The notes: generated by a model not told the origin, from the sequence alone. Positions 18,446 to 29,472 are shown, counted from the stretch's first letter. The stretch is 40,167 nucleotides of DNA from an uncultured Oscillospiraceae bacterium (GCA_964610805.1 CAZSZG010000002.1:1-40167); one strand, 5' to 3'. Numbers and translations: made by a program.

Positions 18446-19484
18446 TCTAAGCGTTGCTGATACAACAAAGCTGATTAAGTCGGGAGATATAAAAAGTAGA
18501 TATTATTTTTATGGCAAGGACATACTTGCAACTGATAAGCTAACGAAATTGCTTTTAAAAAAGCTTGTTAAGTCAACTACAGACGGTTACTCAAAGCTAG
18601 ATGGTGAAAAGCTGAATTTAAGTGAATTATCAGATATGGCAGAAATGTATCCGATGTTTACGGAGTATAATTGTATCCTGATAAATGACTTAAATGCAGA
18701 GAGTTTGGTAGCAGATGACTTAAAGCGACTTTTGAAAATCATTGAGGATATTCCACCAACAACTGTAATTATTTTCAATATTACAGGTTTCGATTTAAAG
18801 GCAGGAAAACGTACTGTATCGGCGAAAAACAAAAAGCTAATTGACCTTATAACGAAAACAGGCGTTGTGTGTGAGGCCGTTTTCAAAACTGGTACTGAGC
18901 TTACAAAGGCTATCGTTGACAGAGTTGCCAAAGAGGGTAGCTCTATTAATAGGAGTAATGCTGAGGAAATAGCAGAGCTTTGTTTATGCGATAGCATGCT
19001 TATAAAAAATGAATTGGACAAGCTTTGTGCTTACGCAGATGGCTCAGAAATAACAAAAGAAATGATAGGAATGCTTGTGTCAAAGCAACTTGACTCCAAT
19101 GCTTTTGCACTAGCAAAGTCAGTAGTATCGCTTAGAACTAGCGAATCCATGCGAACTTTAGACGAGCTTATGGAACAAAGAGCAGAGGGTATAGTTGTTT
19201 TATCAGCAATTTCTTCAGCTTTTATAGATTTATATAGGGCAAGAGTAGCTCTTGTGAATAATAAAAGACAGGACAATGTTGTTCAGGATTTCAATTATAG
19301 GGGCAGAGAATTCGTTATAAAAAACGCATTTAATTCCTGTGGAAAGATACCATTGGAGAATCTTCGTGAGTGCCTAAAGATTTTAAGGCAAGCTGATTTA
19401 GCACTTAAATCGACAAGAACTGACTCAAGGGTAATTATCGAAAAGGCGATTATAGAAATGCTCATGGTCGCTAGAAGACAATAA
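18438..19484 (+). CDS. holA: DNA polymerase III delta subunit
   Basis: 348 aa. Overlaps the comEC stop by 8 nt. The size and its position directly after comEC match Firmicute holA. The sequence motifs are weak. Confidence 0.75.
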   Translation: MASLSVADTTKLIKSGDIKSRYYFYGKDILATDKLTKLLLKKLVKSTTDGYSKLDGEKLNLSELSDMAEMYPMFTEYNCILINDLNAESLVADDLKRLLKIIEDIPPTTVIIFNITGFDLKAGKRTVSAKNKKLIDLITKTGVVCEAVFKTGTELTKAIVDRVAKEGSSINRSNAEEIAELCLCDSMLIKNELDKLCAYADGSEITKEMIGMLVSKQLDSNAFALAKSVVSLRTSESMRTLDELMEQRAEGIVVLSAISSAFIDLYRARVALVNNKRQDNVVQDFNYRGREFVIKNAFNSCGKIPLENLRECLKILRQADLALKSTRTDSRVIIEKAIIEMLMVARRQ

Positions 19485-19515
19485 TCAGCAAAATAAAACA
19501 AAGAGGAGAAGTATT

Positions 19516-20103
19516 TTGTTAAGAGTGGAACAGGCAATAATTGTTGAGGGTAAGTATGACAAAATTAAGCTTTCATCATTAATAGATGGGGTTATTATAC
19601 AAACTAATGGATATGGTATTTTCAAGGATAAGGAAAAAGTTGCCCTCATCAAGTTTTACGCTGAAAAAACAGGGATAATTATTCTCACAGATTCAGATAG
19701 TGCTGGCTTTATGATTAGAAATTACATAAAAGGAATTGTTCCGAATGACAGGATTACAAATGTGTATATCCCCGATGTTTTCGGTAAGGAAAAGCGAAAA
19801 AACAAGCCATCTTGTGAGGGTAAAATCGGTGTTGAGGGTATAGATAAAGCTGTAATTTTAGAGGCTTTCGCTAAAGCAGGGATTGTATCAAGCGAGGGGA
19901 AAAAGCGTGATTCTATAACAAGGCTTGACTTTTTTGAATTAGGTTTATCGGGTTGTGCAAACAGTTCAGAACTACGGAAAAGCCTACTTAAAAGGTTGCA
20001 ATTGCCCGAACTCCTTTCTACGCAAGGACTTCTTGAGGTTGTTAACACAATTCTTACAAAAGGAGAATTAGTGAACATGATTACAGAAATAAAAGGGGAT
20101 TAA
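19516..20103 (+). CDS. Toprim-domain protein, RNase M5-like (DUF4093-type C-terminus)
   Basis: 195 aa. TTG start 7 nt after GAGGAG. Toprim signature IIVEGKYD ... ILTDSDSAG. Confidence 0.65.
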   Translation: MLRVEQAIIVEGKYDKIKLSSLIDGVIIQTNGYGIFKDKEKVALIKFYAEKTGIIILTDSDSAGFMIRNYIKGIVPNDRITNVYIPDVFGKEKRKNKPSCEGKIGVEGIDKAVILEAFAKAGIVSSEGKKRDSITRLDFFELGLSGCANSSELRKSLLKRLQLPELLSTQGLLEVVNTILTKGELVNMITEIKGD

Positions 20104-20106
20104 GAT

Positions 20107-21516
20107 ATGGTTTTTTCTAGTTTAGCGTTTCTGTATGTTTTTTTACCATTAGTATTATCTTTGTATTTTATATCTGGTAAAAGGCTGAAAAATATAATTC
20201 TTCTCGTATCTGGGTTACTGTTTTATGCTTGGGGAGAGCCTATTTACGTTGTAATAATGATTCTTTCAACTGTGATAGATTATACTGCTGGTAGAATAAT
20301 GCATAAGTATGATGATAAACCTAAAATTAGAACATTAGTTTTGCTAGTTTCAGTTTGTATGAATTTAGGGCTTTTATCAGTATTTAAGTATGGCTCATTC
20401 TTGATTGGCAATGTAAATGATATTTTTGGAACTACATTTAATGATCCGAATTTGCCACTGCCGATTGGAATATCGTTCTACACGTTCCAAAGTATGTCAT
20501 ATACTATAGATTTGTATATGAGGAATATAAAGGTTCAAAAAAATATTGTGAACTTTACTACTTATGTTACATTGTTTCCACAAATTGTTGCAGGACCTAT
20601 TGTGCGTTATGCCGATGTTGAAAAGGAAATTGATAGCAGAACGGTAAGCATGGATAAGGTTGGCTATGGTGCTGGAATTTTCTTAAAGGGGCTTGCAAAA
20701 AAGGTATTGCTTGCGAATAGTATCGGTATGCTTTGGACTGAAGTAAAAGCGATGGATTACGGTGAAATATCGGTATTTACAGCTTGGTTGGGAATACTTG
20801 CATTCGCATTCCAAATTTATTTTGACTTTTCAGGATATTCAGATATGGCTGTCGGATTGGGCAAGGTCTTAGGGTTTAATTTCCCCGAAAACTTCGACTA
20901 TCCGTATATGTCAAAAAGCGTGTCTGAATTTTGGCGAAGATGGCATATAACACTTGGAACTTGGTTTAGATTATATGTATATTATCCACTTGGAGGAAAT
21001 AGAAAAGGTCTTCCACGAACGATAATCAACCTGTTAATTGTGTGGGGGCTTACTGGTCTATGGCATGGTGCAAGTTGGAACTTTGTGCTATGGGGATTAT
21101 ATTTTGGCATATTAATTATAATAGAAAGGCTATTTTTGGGCAATATGCTTAAAAAGATACCACCTGCAATCAGCACACTTTACACATTTTTAGCAGTATT
21201 ATTTGGTTGGGTTTTATTTGAAACAAATACATTAACAGACGCTGTAAGATACACAAAAGCAATGTTCGGTGGCACAGGAGTCGGAATTGACTCAACATCA
21301 TTATATCAGCTGTCATCTTACTTTATAGTGATGATAATATGTATTTTTGCCTCCACAGATTTGTTCAAAACGTTTATACTTGGAGTTAAGGAAAATAAAA
21401 TCACATTAAAAGCGTTCAATATTTCACTTCCCGTTATACAGGTTGTAATTATGATTTTATGTACTGCATATTTAGTTGATTCAACATATAATCCGTTTTT
21501 ATATTTTAGATTTTAG
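20107..21516 (+). CDS. MBOAT-family membrane O-acyltransferase (AlgI/DltB/PatA-like)
   Basis: 469 aa multi-TM protein. Motifs FWRRWHITL and LWHGASWNF, including the conserved MBOAT histidine. Confidence 0.85.
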   Translation: MVFSSLAFLYVFLPLVLSLYFISGKRLKNIILLVSGLLFYAWGEPIYVVIMILSTVIDYTAGRIMHKYDDKPKIRTLVLLVSVCMNLGLLSVFKYGSFLIGNVNDIFGTTFNDPNLPLPIGISFYTFQSMSYTIDLYMRNIKVQKNIVNFTTYVTLFPQIVAGPIVRYADVEKEIDSRTVSMDKVGYGAGIFLKGLAKKVLLANSIGMLWTEVKAMDYGEISVFTAWLGILAFAFQIYFDFSGYSDMAVGLGKVLGFNFPENFDYPYMSKSVSEFWRRWHITLGTWFRLYVYYPLGGNRKGLPRTIINLLIVWGLTGLWHGASWNFVLWGLYFGILIIIERLFLGNMLKKIPPAISTLYTFLAVLFGWVLFETNTLTDAVRYTKAMFGGTGVGIDSTSLYQLSSYFIVMIICIFASTDLFKTFILGVKENKITLKAFNISLPVIQVVIMILCTAYLVDSTYNPFLYFRF

Positions 21517-21527
21517 GAGGGTGACAG

Positions 21528-22667
21528 ATGAATAATAAGCAAAATAAAGTTTCTGCAATAGTGTTTATGGCGATACTTTTTGCATTGCCGATTATGACCT
21601 TAATTTCAAAAAAGGATAGCTTTTCTGCGACTGAAAACAGAAGTCTGGCAACCTTTCCAAAGTTTAATATAGAGAGTATAAAAGATAAAAGCTTTATGAA
21701 TGGTTTTGAGGAGTATATTTCTGACCATTTCATAGGCAGAACAAAGTGGGTTGAAGCTAAGGTTGGAACAGAAGTTATAATTGGTAAAGAGGAGATAAAT
21801 GGAGTCTATATCACAAATGATATGCTGATACAAAAGCTTGGCGAACCAGATTATGAAAAGGTTGATAAGGCTATGGAAGCGATAAATAATTTTGCTGATG
21901 ATAACAACAAGGCGAATGTTTATGTTATGTTCACGCCATCAGCAGGGGGCATATATTCAGAAGAATTCCCAACTAATGCTCCTGTGGTTAACCAGAAAGC
22001 TTTTATTGATTATATGTATAAAAAGCTGGACAATAAGGTTACAACAATTGATGTATATAATAGCTTGAATGCTGTTAGGGATGAGTATATTTATTATAGA
22101 AACGACCATCACTGGACTTCTTACGGGGCTTTTTGTGCATATAAAACAGCTATTCAAAGGCTTGGATTTTCAGAAGTATCATATAATAAATACCATATAG
22201 AACACGCAAGCAATGACTTTAAAGGTACGCTATATTCAAAGACTCTGTATGATAAAATAGCACCTGATACGATTGATTTATATAATTATGAAAATGGTGC
22301 TAAGGTTACAAGTGTAGAGGTAAATGATGGCATGGAAGTCAAGGAATATGAAAGTATTTATTTTAGGGAATACCTTGAGGAAAAGGATAAATACTTAGTT
22401 TATTTGGGGCAAAATCAGCCATTGATTACGATTAAAACAGATGTAAAGAATGATAAAAAGCTGTTGGTAATAAAGGATTCCTATGCGAATTCCTTTATCC
22501 CATTCTTGACTCAGCATTATAGTGAAATTACTGTACTTGACTTGCGATTTATAAGAACCTCATACAACAATATAGTAAATATGGACGATTACAACCAAGT
22601 TCTAATTTTATATGGTGCAGGAACATTGGAAAATGACGAAACATTAAAAATTCTAAATTACAATTAA
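21528..22667 (+). CDS. DHHW-family protein (extracytoplasmic AlgX/SGNH-like partner of the MBOAT)
   Basis: 379 aa. N-terminal TM anchor and the eponymous NDHHWT motif. Confidence 0.75.
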   Translation: MNNKQNKVSAIVFMAILFALPIMTLISKKDSFSATENRSLATFPKFNIESIKDKSFMNGFEEYISDHFIGRTKWVEAKVGTEVIIGKEEINGVYITNDMLIQKLGEPDYEKVDKAMEAINNFADDNNKANVYVMFTPSAGGIYSEEFPTNAPVVNQKAFIDYMYKKLDNKVTTIDVYNSLNAVRDEYIYYRNDHHWTSYGAFCAYKTAIQRLGFSEVSYNKYHIEHASNDFKGTLYSKTLYDKIAPDTIDLYNYENGAKVTSVEVNDGMEVKEYESIYFREYLEEKDKYLVYLGQNQPLITIKTDVKNDKKLLVIKDSYANSFIPFLTQHYSEITVLDLRFIRTSYNNIVNMDDYNQVLILYGAGTLENDETLKILNYN

Positions 22668-22671
22668 AACT

Positions 22672-22709
22672 AAAAACCCCATCTGTATTATTAATACAGA
22701 TGGGGTTTT
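22672..22709. terminator. Bidirectional rho-independent terminator
   Basis: CCCCATCTGTATTA (22677-22690) pairs with TAATACAGATGGGG (22692-22705), flanked by an A-run and a T-run. Confidence 0.75.
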
Positions 22710-22722
22710 GTAAAATATTTAA

Positions 22723-23472
22723 TTAAATAAGACTTGCCATATCGTATAAACCTGCCTGTTTGCCTTTTAAGTAAACAGCAGCATTTATTGAGCCTTCAGC
22801 GAAAACAGTTTTAGATGTAGCAGAATGAGAAATAGAAATTACCTCATCATTCCCAGCAAAAATAACTTCATGCTCTCCAACTATTGTGCCACCTCTAACT
22901 GAATGGATTCCAATTTCCTTTTTATCACGTTTTTTACGTTGTGAATGTCTATCATAAACGAATTGCAGTGAATTATCATAAACTTCATTTATCGCATTAG
23001 CAAGCATTAAAGCAGTACCACTGGGTGCATCTATTTTTAAGTTATGATGTTTTTCAATTATTTCAACATCAAATCTATCACCTAAAACAGAAGCAGCCTT
23101 TTGTGCGAGCCCAACCAGCAGGTTAATACCAAGCGACATATTAAAAGTAAAGAACACTGGTATTTGCTCAGAAGCTTTTTTAATTTTAGCAATCTGCTCA
23201 TCATTGTACCCAGTAGTTGCAAAAACAACAGCAGTTCCAGTAACAAGGCAATATTCAAGCAGTCCATCAAGAGTATTCGGGTTAGAATAATCTATAATAA
23301 CATCAGGATTTTCAGATAAATCCTTAGGAGATGAATAGATAGGGAAGTCACTGTATTTTGTTGTATTAATATCAATTCCCGCAACAACTTTACAGTTACT
23401 GCGTTCAGCAACACAGCCGACAATAGTTTTTCCCATCTTACCGTTAGCACCGCAAATCACAATGTTAGTCAT
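22723..23472 (-). CDS. dapB: 4-hydroxy-tetrahydrodipicolinate reductase
   Basis: 249 aa. N-terminal GANGKMG Rossmann motif and EKHHNLKIDAPSGTA. Confidence 0.93.
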   Translation of the reverse strand: MTNIVICGANGKMGKTIVGCVAERSNCKVVAGIDINTTKYSDFPIYSSPKDLSENPDVIIDYSNPNTLDGLLEYCLVTGTAVVFATTGYNDEQIAKIKKASEQIPVFFTFNMSLGINLLVGLAQKAASVLGDRFDVEIIEKHHNLKIDAPSGTALMLANAINEVYDNSLQFVYDRHSQRKKRDKKEIGIHSVRGGTIVGEHEVIFAGNDEVISISHSATSKTVFAEGSINAAVYLKGKQAGLYDMASLI

Positions 23473-23498
23473 TTCTTCACATCCTTATATTTTAATAT

Positions 23499-24386
23499 TT
23501 ATATTAAGCCTGATTTTTTTAAAGATGCCTTTAGAACAGCAACACTACTTTCGGACATATCAACTAGAGGCATACGACATTTTCCAGTATTCATACCCAT
23601 TAAATTCATAGCTTCCTTAACAGGAATTGGATTCACATCAATGAACAGGCTGTTTATTAGGTCTAAATACTTAATTTGCAATTCTGATGCAGATTTAAAA
23701 TCATTATCAAGACAGAATTGTGTCATGTCATGAGTTTCCTTTGGCATAATATTTGACATAACAGAAATTACACCTTTTCCACCAAGCGACATAATAGGAA
23801 CAACCTGATCATCATTTCCACTATAAACATCTAATTTATCGCCATATTTAGCAATCAATTGAGCCACATAACTTATGTTGCCACTTGCTTCCTTTACAGC
23901 AACAATATTTTTATGTTTAGCAAGTTCTGCATAAGTATCAATATTGATATTAATTCCAGTTCTACCAGGAATATTGTAAAGAATAATAGGAATATTCACT
24001 GAATCAGCGATAGCAGTAAAATGTGCAACCAAGCCTCTTTGCGATGTTTTATTGTAGTAAGGAGTTACAACCAAAAGAGCATCAACGCCCAAATCTTCGG
24101 CTTCCTTAGACAATTCAATCGCATAAGCAGTATCATTACTACCAGTTCCAGCAATTACAGGAACACGTTTTTTTGTTTGCTCAACAGTAAAACGAATAAT
24201 ATCAATATGCTCCTCATCAGTCATAGTTGAGGATTCGCCAGTTGTACCACAAACAATAATTGCATCAGTATGATTTTCAATTTGAAACTCAATATTTTCA
24301 GCAAATTGTGTATAATTTATACTTCCATCGGTGTTCATTGGAGTTACAATTGCAACCCCAGCACCAGTAAAAATTGTGTTATTCAT
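23499..24386 (-). CDS. dapA: 4-hydroxy-tetrahydrodipicolinate synthase
   Basis: The track ORF extends to 24425. I prefer ATG 24386 (MNNTIFTGAGVAIVTPM...), preceded by AAAGGAG. Motifs GTTGES and YNIPGRTG, with the catalytic Lys in AVKEASG. Confidence 0.93.
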   Translation of the reverse strand: MNNTIFTGAGVAIVTPMNTDGSINYTQFAENIEFQIENHTDAIIVCGTTGESSTMTDEEHIDIIRFTVEQTKKRVPVIAGTGSNDTAYAIELSKEAEDLGVDALLVVTPYYNKTSQRGLVAHFTAIADSVNIPIILYNIPGRTGININIDTYAELAKHKNIVAVKEASGNISYVAQLIAKYGDKLDVYSGNDDQVVPIMSLGGKGVISVMSNIMPKETHDMTQFCLDNDFKSASELQIKYLDLINSLFIDVNPIPVKEAMNLMGMNTGKCRMPLVDMSESSVAVLKASLKKSGLI

Positions 24387-24424
24387 AGAAACTCCTTTCA
24401 GGTTTTCAGGTATAGATAAAAACA

Positions 24425-25504
24425 TTAATCGAAGTAGCCTTTAGCAGCTAATAGTTCAGCCATTAGCACACCGCCACCAGCAGCACCTCTAAGCGTATTA
24501 TGTGACAAGCTAACAAATTTATAGTCATATTGGGAATCTTCACGCAAGCGACCAACAGAAACAGCCATACCATTTTCAAGATTTCTATCAAGATTTGCCT
24601 GTGGGCGATTATCTTCTTCAAAATAGTGAATGAACTGCTTCGGAGCAGACGGAAGTTCTAATTCCTGTGGTACACCTTTGAATTCATTCCAAAGAGCAAT
24701 AATTTCATCCTTAGTTGGCTTCTTATCAAAGGAAACGAATACAGCCGCAGTATGACCATCTGAAACATTAACTCTCAAGCACTGTGTTGTGATAGCTGGT
24801 ACAGTAGCATTCACGATTTCACCATCAACAATTTTACCCCAAACCTTTAATGGTTCTTGTTCGGATTTTTCTTCCTCTCCACCAATGAATGGAATTAAGT
24901 TATCATTCATTTCAGGCCAAGTTTCAAAAGTTTTTCCAGCACCAGAAATTGCTTGATAAGTGCAAGCAAGAACCTTGCTTATTCCGTATTTCATAAGTGG
25001 ATGCAAAGCAGGAACATAGCTTTGAATTGAGCAATTTGACTTAACAGCAATGAACCCTCTCTTTGTACCAAGTCTTGCACGTTGATGTTCAATAACCTCA
25101 ATATGATCAGGGTTGATTTCAGGAACAACCATAGGAACATCAGATGTAGAACGATGAGCAGAGTTATTTGATATTACAGGACATTCTGCCTTTGCATATG
25201 CCTCTTCAAGAGCCTTTATTTCATCTTTTTTCATATCAACAGCACAGAAAACAAAATCAACCTCATTTGTGATTTTTTTCATATCAGCTGTTGCATCTAA
25301 TAAAACTAAATTTTTCATACTTTCAGGCATTGGCTTTGGCATAGCCCATCTTCCACCAACAGCAACGTCATAAGTTTTACCAGCAGAACGTGGTGAAGCT
25401 GCAAGAGTAGTTACATTAAACCAAGGGTGATTCTCTAAAAGTAAAGCGAAACGTTGACCTACCATGCCTGTTGCACCGATGATCCCTACATTATATTTTT
25501 TCAT
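24425..25504 (-). CDS. asd: Aspartate-semialdehyde dehydrogenase
   Basis: 359 aa. GATGMVGQRF NAD(P) motif, with the active-site Cys in SNCSIQ. Confidence 0.93.
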   Translation of the reverse strand: MKKYNVGIIGATGMVGQRFALLLENHPWFNVTTLAASPRSAGKTYDVAVGGRWAMPKPMPESMKNLVLLDATADMKKITNEVDFVFCAVDMKKDEIKALEEAYAKAECPVISNNSAHRSTSDVPMVVPEINPDHIEVIEHQRARLGTKRGFIAVKSNCSIQSYVPALHPLMKYGISKVLACTYQAISGAGKTFETWPEMNDNLIPFIGGEEEKSEQEPLKVWGKIVDGEIVNATVPAITTQCLRVNVSDGHTAAVFVSFDKKPTKDEIIALWNEFKGVPQELELPSAPKQFIHYFEEDNRPQANLDRNLENGMAVSVGRLREDSQYDYKFVSLSHNTLRGAAGGGVLMAELLAAKGYFD

Positions 25505-25541
25505 ATTAACACTCCTTAATAATTAAGATTACAATATAATC

Positions 25542-25776
25542 AAAAAACCGGTTACGAAAACCGGTTCATCAAAAATATAAAGGAAACATATTGGCATAAA
25601 TTCAAAAATATGCCGATAGCTCTCCATCACATTAATGATGACAATCATATGCCTATTTAACATATGACCAAAACAAGCCTTACCAAAGCTTATTCTTCGG
25701 CGGTATAGCCTTTTATTCATGTATAACAGAATGGTTTCCCTAACATGAAATACTCATCATAACCGCACCTCTATCC
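25542..25776 (-). promoter_or_regulatory. Lysine riboswitch (L-box) with expression-platform terminator, controlling asd-dapA-dapB
   Basis: The minus strand reads GGATAGAGGTGCGGTT..GAGTA..GGGAAA..CCGCCGAAG..TGG..TTGTCA..TGGAGAGCTATC. These match the L-box core elements AGAGGUGCG, GCCGAAG and GGAGAGCUA, and GATAG/CTATC closes P1. The terminator AACCGGTTTTCGTAACCGGTTTTTTG follows at 25542-25568. Confidence 0.85.
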
Positions 25777-25785
25777 ATGTATAAT

Positions 25786-25814
25786 ATAATATCATTTATT
25801 TTAACATCTGTCAA
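25786..25814 (-). promoter_or_regulatory. Sigma-A type promoter of the L-box leader
   Basis: On the minus strand: TTGACA (25809-25814), 17 nt, TATTAT (25786-25791). Confidence 0.55.
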
Positions 25815-25931
25815 TAAGTAAAATTAATTTTTACGAATTAAATCAAAAATGGTAGTAATATAGTTTAAAATATGATAAAATTAATAGGTTATATTAAAAT
25901 ATATCGAGATGAAAGGAAAATATGTAAATAA

Positions 25932-26957
25932 ATGAAAAAATCCGATTTTTTTTATGATTTGCCTGAAGAGTTAATTGCACAAAAGCCCATTGAACCTAGA
26001 AATAATTCAAGAATGATGAAAATTGATAGAAAAACAGGTGAGATTTATCATAATCACTTCTATAATTTATGCGATAACCTAAAAAAAGGTGACTTATTAG
26101 TTTTAAATGATTCAAGAGTTTTGCCTGCAAGACTTTATGGAGAAAAGGTGGGCAATGCTACTCCGATAGAATTTTTATTGCTTGAGCAAAAGGAAGAGAA
26201 AGTTTGGGAGATAATCTGCAAGCCTGGTAAAAAAGCTAAGGTTGGTGCAAGGTTTACATTTGGAAAAGATAAACTGATTGCTGAAGTTCTTGAAGTAAAA
26301 GATGATGGAAACAGGGTTGTTAAGTTTTCTTGTGATGGTAGTTTTTATACTATACTTGACGAAATAGGGCAAATGCCACTTCCACCTTATATTACAGAAA
26401 AGCTTGAAAACAAGGAGCGTTATCAGACTGTTTATTCAAGGGAAATAGGCTCTGCTGCTGCACCAACTGCTGGACTTCATTTTACAAAGGAAATGCTGAA
26501 CGAGATAAAAGAAAAGGGTATAGATGTTGCATATGTGACATTGCACGTTGGACTTGGCACATTCAGACCTGTAAAAGAGGACGATATTCTAAATCACAAA
26601 ATGCATAGCGAGCATTACAGTATTTCTAAGGAAACAGCCGATAAGATTAACAAAACAAAACAAAATGGAGGACGTGTAATCGGTGTTGGTACAACAACTT
26701 GTAGAACCCTTGAAAGCCTTGCCAAATTCTATGGCGAGATAAGTGAAAGGGACGGATATACGGATATTTTTATCTATCCTGGATATGAATTCAAGGTTAT
26801 TGATGGCTTGATAACTAATTTTCATCTGCCTGAAAGCACACTTATAATGCTTGTATCTGCGTTCATGGGTTATGAAAACACCATGAATGCGTATAAAGTT
26901 GCAGTTGAAGAAAAATATAGATTTTTCAGCTTTGGAGATTCAATGCTGATAATATAA
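25932..26957 (+). CDS. queA: S-adenosylmethionine:tRNA ribosyltransferase-isomerase
   Basis: 341 aa. N-terminus [15 protein letters not shown], then [10 protein letters not shown] and [11 protein letters not shown]. Confidence 0.95.
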   Translation: MKKSDFFYDLPEELIAQKPIEPRNNSRMMKIDRKTGEIYHNHFYNLCDNLKKGDLLVLNDSRVLPARLYGEKVGNATPIEFLLLEQKEEKVWEIICKPGKKAKVGARFTFGKDKLIAEVLEVKDDGNRVVKFSCDGSFYTILDEIGQMPLPPYITEKLENKERYQTVYSREIGSAAAPTAGLHFTKEMLNEIKEKGIDVAYVTLHVGLGTFRPVKEDDILNHKMHSEHYSISKETADKINKTKQNGGRVIGVGTTTCRTLESLAKFYGEISERDGYTDIFIYPGYEFKVIDGLITNFHLPESTLIMLVSAFMGYENTMNAYKVAVEEKYRFFSFGDSMLII

Positions 26958-26977
26958 AATAAATGGAGAATGAATAA

Positions 26978-28108
<1,131 letters not shown>

Positions 28109-28119
28109 AGGGGATTATC

Positions 28120-28683
28120 ATGGGAAAAGTGGAATTATTGTTGATAGCATTAGGTTTATCAGCAGACGCATTTGCCGTTGCAGTAACTAATGGTTTATGC
28201 AATAAAAATATGAAACCTAAGTGGACATTATTTATAGCGTTAACATTTGGCGTTTTTCAAGGTGTAATGCCGAGTTTGGGTTATGCTTTAGGACAAACTT
28301 TTACAAAATATATTACAGCGTATGACCATTATGTTGCATTGATTTTATTGGGAGTAATTGGTGGTAAAATGGTGTACGAGGCTTTAAAGGATATGAGTAA
28401 TGATTGTTGTGAAGTAAAGCAAATTACCTTTGGAACATTGATGGTACAGGGCGTAGCAACAAGCATAGACGCACTTGCAGTAGGAGTAAGTTTTTCAGCA
28501 TTGGATATAGATATAGTAAGCACTTGCTTGATTATTGCAATAATAACATTTATATTAAGTTTTCTTGGTGTAATTATTGGGAAAAGATTTGGCTCTATAT
28601 TTAACAAAAAGGCTCAATTAGTCGGTGGTGTGTTGCTAGTTGCAATTGGCTTGAAAATTTTCATCGAGCATATGTTCTTTTAA
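28120..28683 (+). CDS. mntP: Manganese efflux pump MntP (DUF204 repeats)
   Basis: 187 aa, six TM segments. LSADAFAVA and SIDALAVGVS repeat motifs. Confidence 0.85.
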   Translation: MGKVELLLIALGLSADAFAVAVTNGLCNKNMKPKWTLFIALTFGVFQGVMPSLGYALGQTFTKYITAYDHYVALILLGVIGGKMVYEALKDMSNDCCEVKQITFGTLMVQGVATSIDALAVGVSFSALDIDIVSTCLIIAIITFILSFLGVIIGKRFGSIFNKKAQLVGGVLLVAIGLKIFIEHMFF

Positions 28684-28712
28684 TATATAACATTTTAAAC
28701 TGCTGAACACAT

Positions 28713-28751
28713 AAATAAGGTGATATAGCTTAAACTATATCACCTTATTTT
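28713..28751. terminator. Bidirectional rho-independent terminator
   Basis: Perfect 16-bp stem: AAATAAGGTGATATAG (28713-28728) pairs with CTATATCACCTTATTT (28735-28750). Confidence 0.7.
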
Positions 28752-28786
28752 ATATAATATTCATTATGTATTCAAGTATAAATGTT

Positions 28787-29032
28787 TTAGGCTTTGCTTT
28801 TCAAGTCAGCCATACATTCAGCACAAACACATTTTTCCTTGAATTCGCCAACAGATTCAGAGCTTCCACAGAATGTGCAGTTAGGAGTATACTTTTTTAC
28901 GATAATATACTCATTATCCGTATAAATTTCCATTGGGTCTTTAATGTTAATTTCCATAGTGCGTCTTAATTCCTTTGGCAAAACAATTCTTCCTAGTTCG
29001 TCGATTTTCCTGACAATACCTGTTCTTTTCAT
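28787..29032 (-). CDS. AbrB/SpoVT-family transition-state regulator paralogue with a Cys-rich C-terminal tail
   Basis: The track ORF extends to 29101. I prefer ATG 29032 (MKRTGIVRKIDELGRIVLPKELRR...), preceded by GGAGGA. The N-terminal swapped-hairpin domain is near-identical to AbrB. Tail: CTFC-x12-CVCAEC. Confidence 0.8.
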   Translation of the reverse strand: MKRTGIVRKIDELGRIVLPKELRRTMEINIKDPMEIYTDNEYIIVKKYTPNCTFCGSSESVGEFKEKCVCAECMADLKSKA

Positions 29033-29209
29033 GAGCTTCCTCCAAATATTATTTTTTATGTTTAAATTTAAAATATATAAATACTTAAAACAATAACGCA
29101 TTTATTTTTCAACAACAAATATTTAGTTAAATATGTAATATTACGTTGTATAAATAAACAAAATAGGGAAATATTAAAGATTTAATGATAATGTTATTGA
29201 TTAACTCTA

Positions 29210-29239
29210 ATTATATCACATAAATTGTATTTTTGTCAA
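29210..29239 (-). promoter_or_regulatory. Sigma-A promoter (extended -10) of the abrB-like paralogue, giving a ~170-nt leader
   Basis: On the minus strand: TTGACA (29234-29239), 18 nt ending in TGa, TATAAT (29210-29215). Confidence 0.5.
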
Positions 29240-29344
29240 GTCTTTGAATGTATTAACATTTGTTATTTTATTTTTATGAAATATTATACTATTTATAAGA
29301 ATAATGGTATAAACAAAGAATATTTATAATCGAAGTGGTAAAAA

Positions 29345-29379
29345 TAAAAAAAACAGACTGCAATTGCAATCTGTTTTTA
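29345..29379 (-). terminator. Rho-independent terminator of tRNA-Lys
   Basis: The minus strand reads ACAGATTGCAA/TTGCAGTCTGT followed by a U7 run. Confidence 0.65.
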
Positions 29380-29396
29380 TTATTTTAAAATATTAA

Positions 29397-29472
29397 TGGT
29401 GAGACATGAGGGATTCGAACCCTCGGCCCTACGCTTAAAAGGCGTATGCTCTGCCAGCTGAGCTAATGTCTC
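29397..29472 (-). tRNA. tRNA-Lys (anticodon UUU), CCA encoded
   Basis: Hand-folded 76-nt cloverleaf: acceptor GAGACAT/ATGTCTC, D arm GCTC/GAGC, anticodon arm TACGC-CTTTTAA-GCGTA, T arm GAGGG-TTCGAAT-CCCTC, discriminator A, then CCA. Confidence 0.95.

Noticed and set aside
25909-25935. Mini-u[11 protein letters not shown] whose TGA stop overlaps the queA ATG (ATGA)
   Set aside because: There is no Shine-Dalgarno sequence before its ATG. The AAAGGA inside it is more simply the (distant) queA RBS. An 8-codon ORF in AT-rich DNA is expected by chance.
28109-28119. Expected a yybP-ykoY manganese riboswitch upstream of mntP
   Set aside because: The tgt-mntP gap is only 11 nt, so there is no room for a riboswitch. 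mntP appears co-transcribed with queA-tgt.
28752-29472. Possibility that tRNA-Lys is an integration site and the adjacent abrB-like gene a remnant of an integrated element
   Set aside because: I found no direct repeat of the tRNA 3' end (GGTTCGAATCCCTCATGTCTCACCA or its complement) anywhere between 28684 and 29396. There is no integrase or other mobile gene, and the segment is only about 650 nt.
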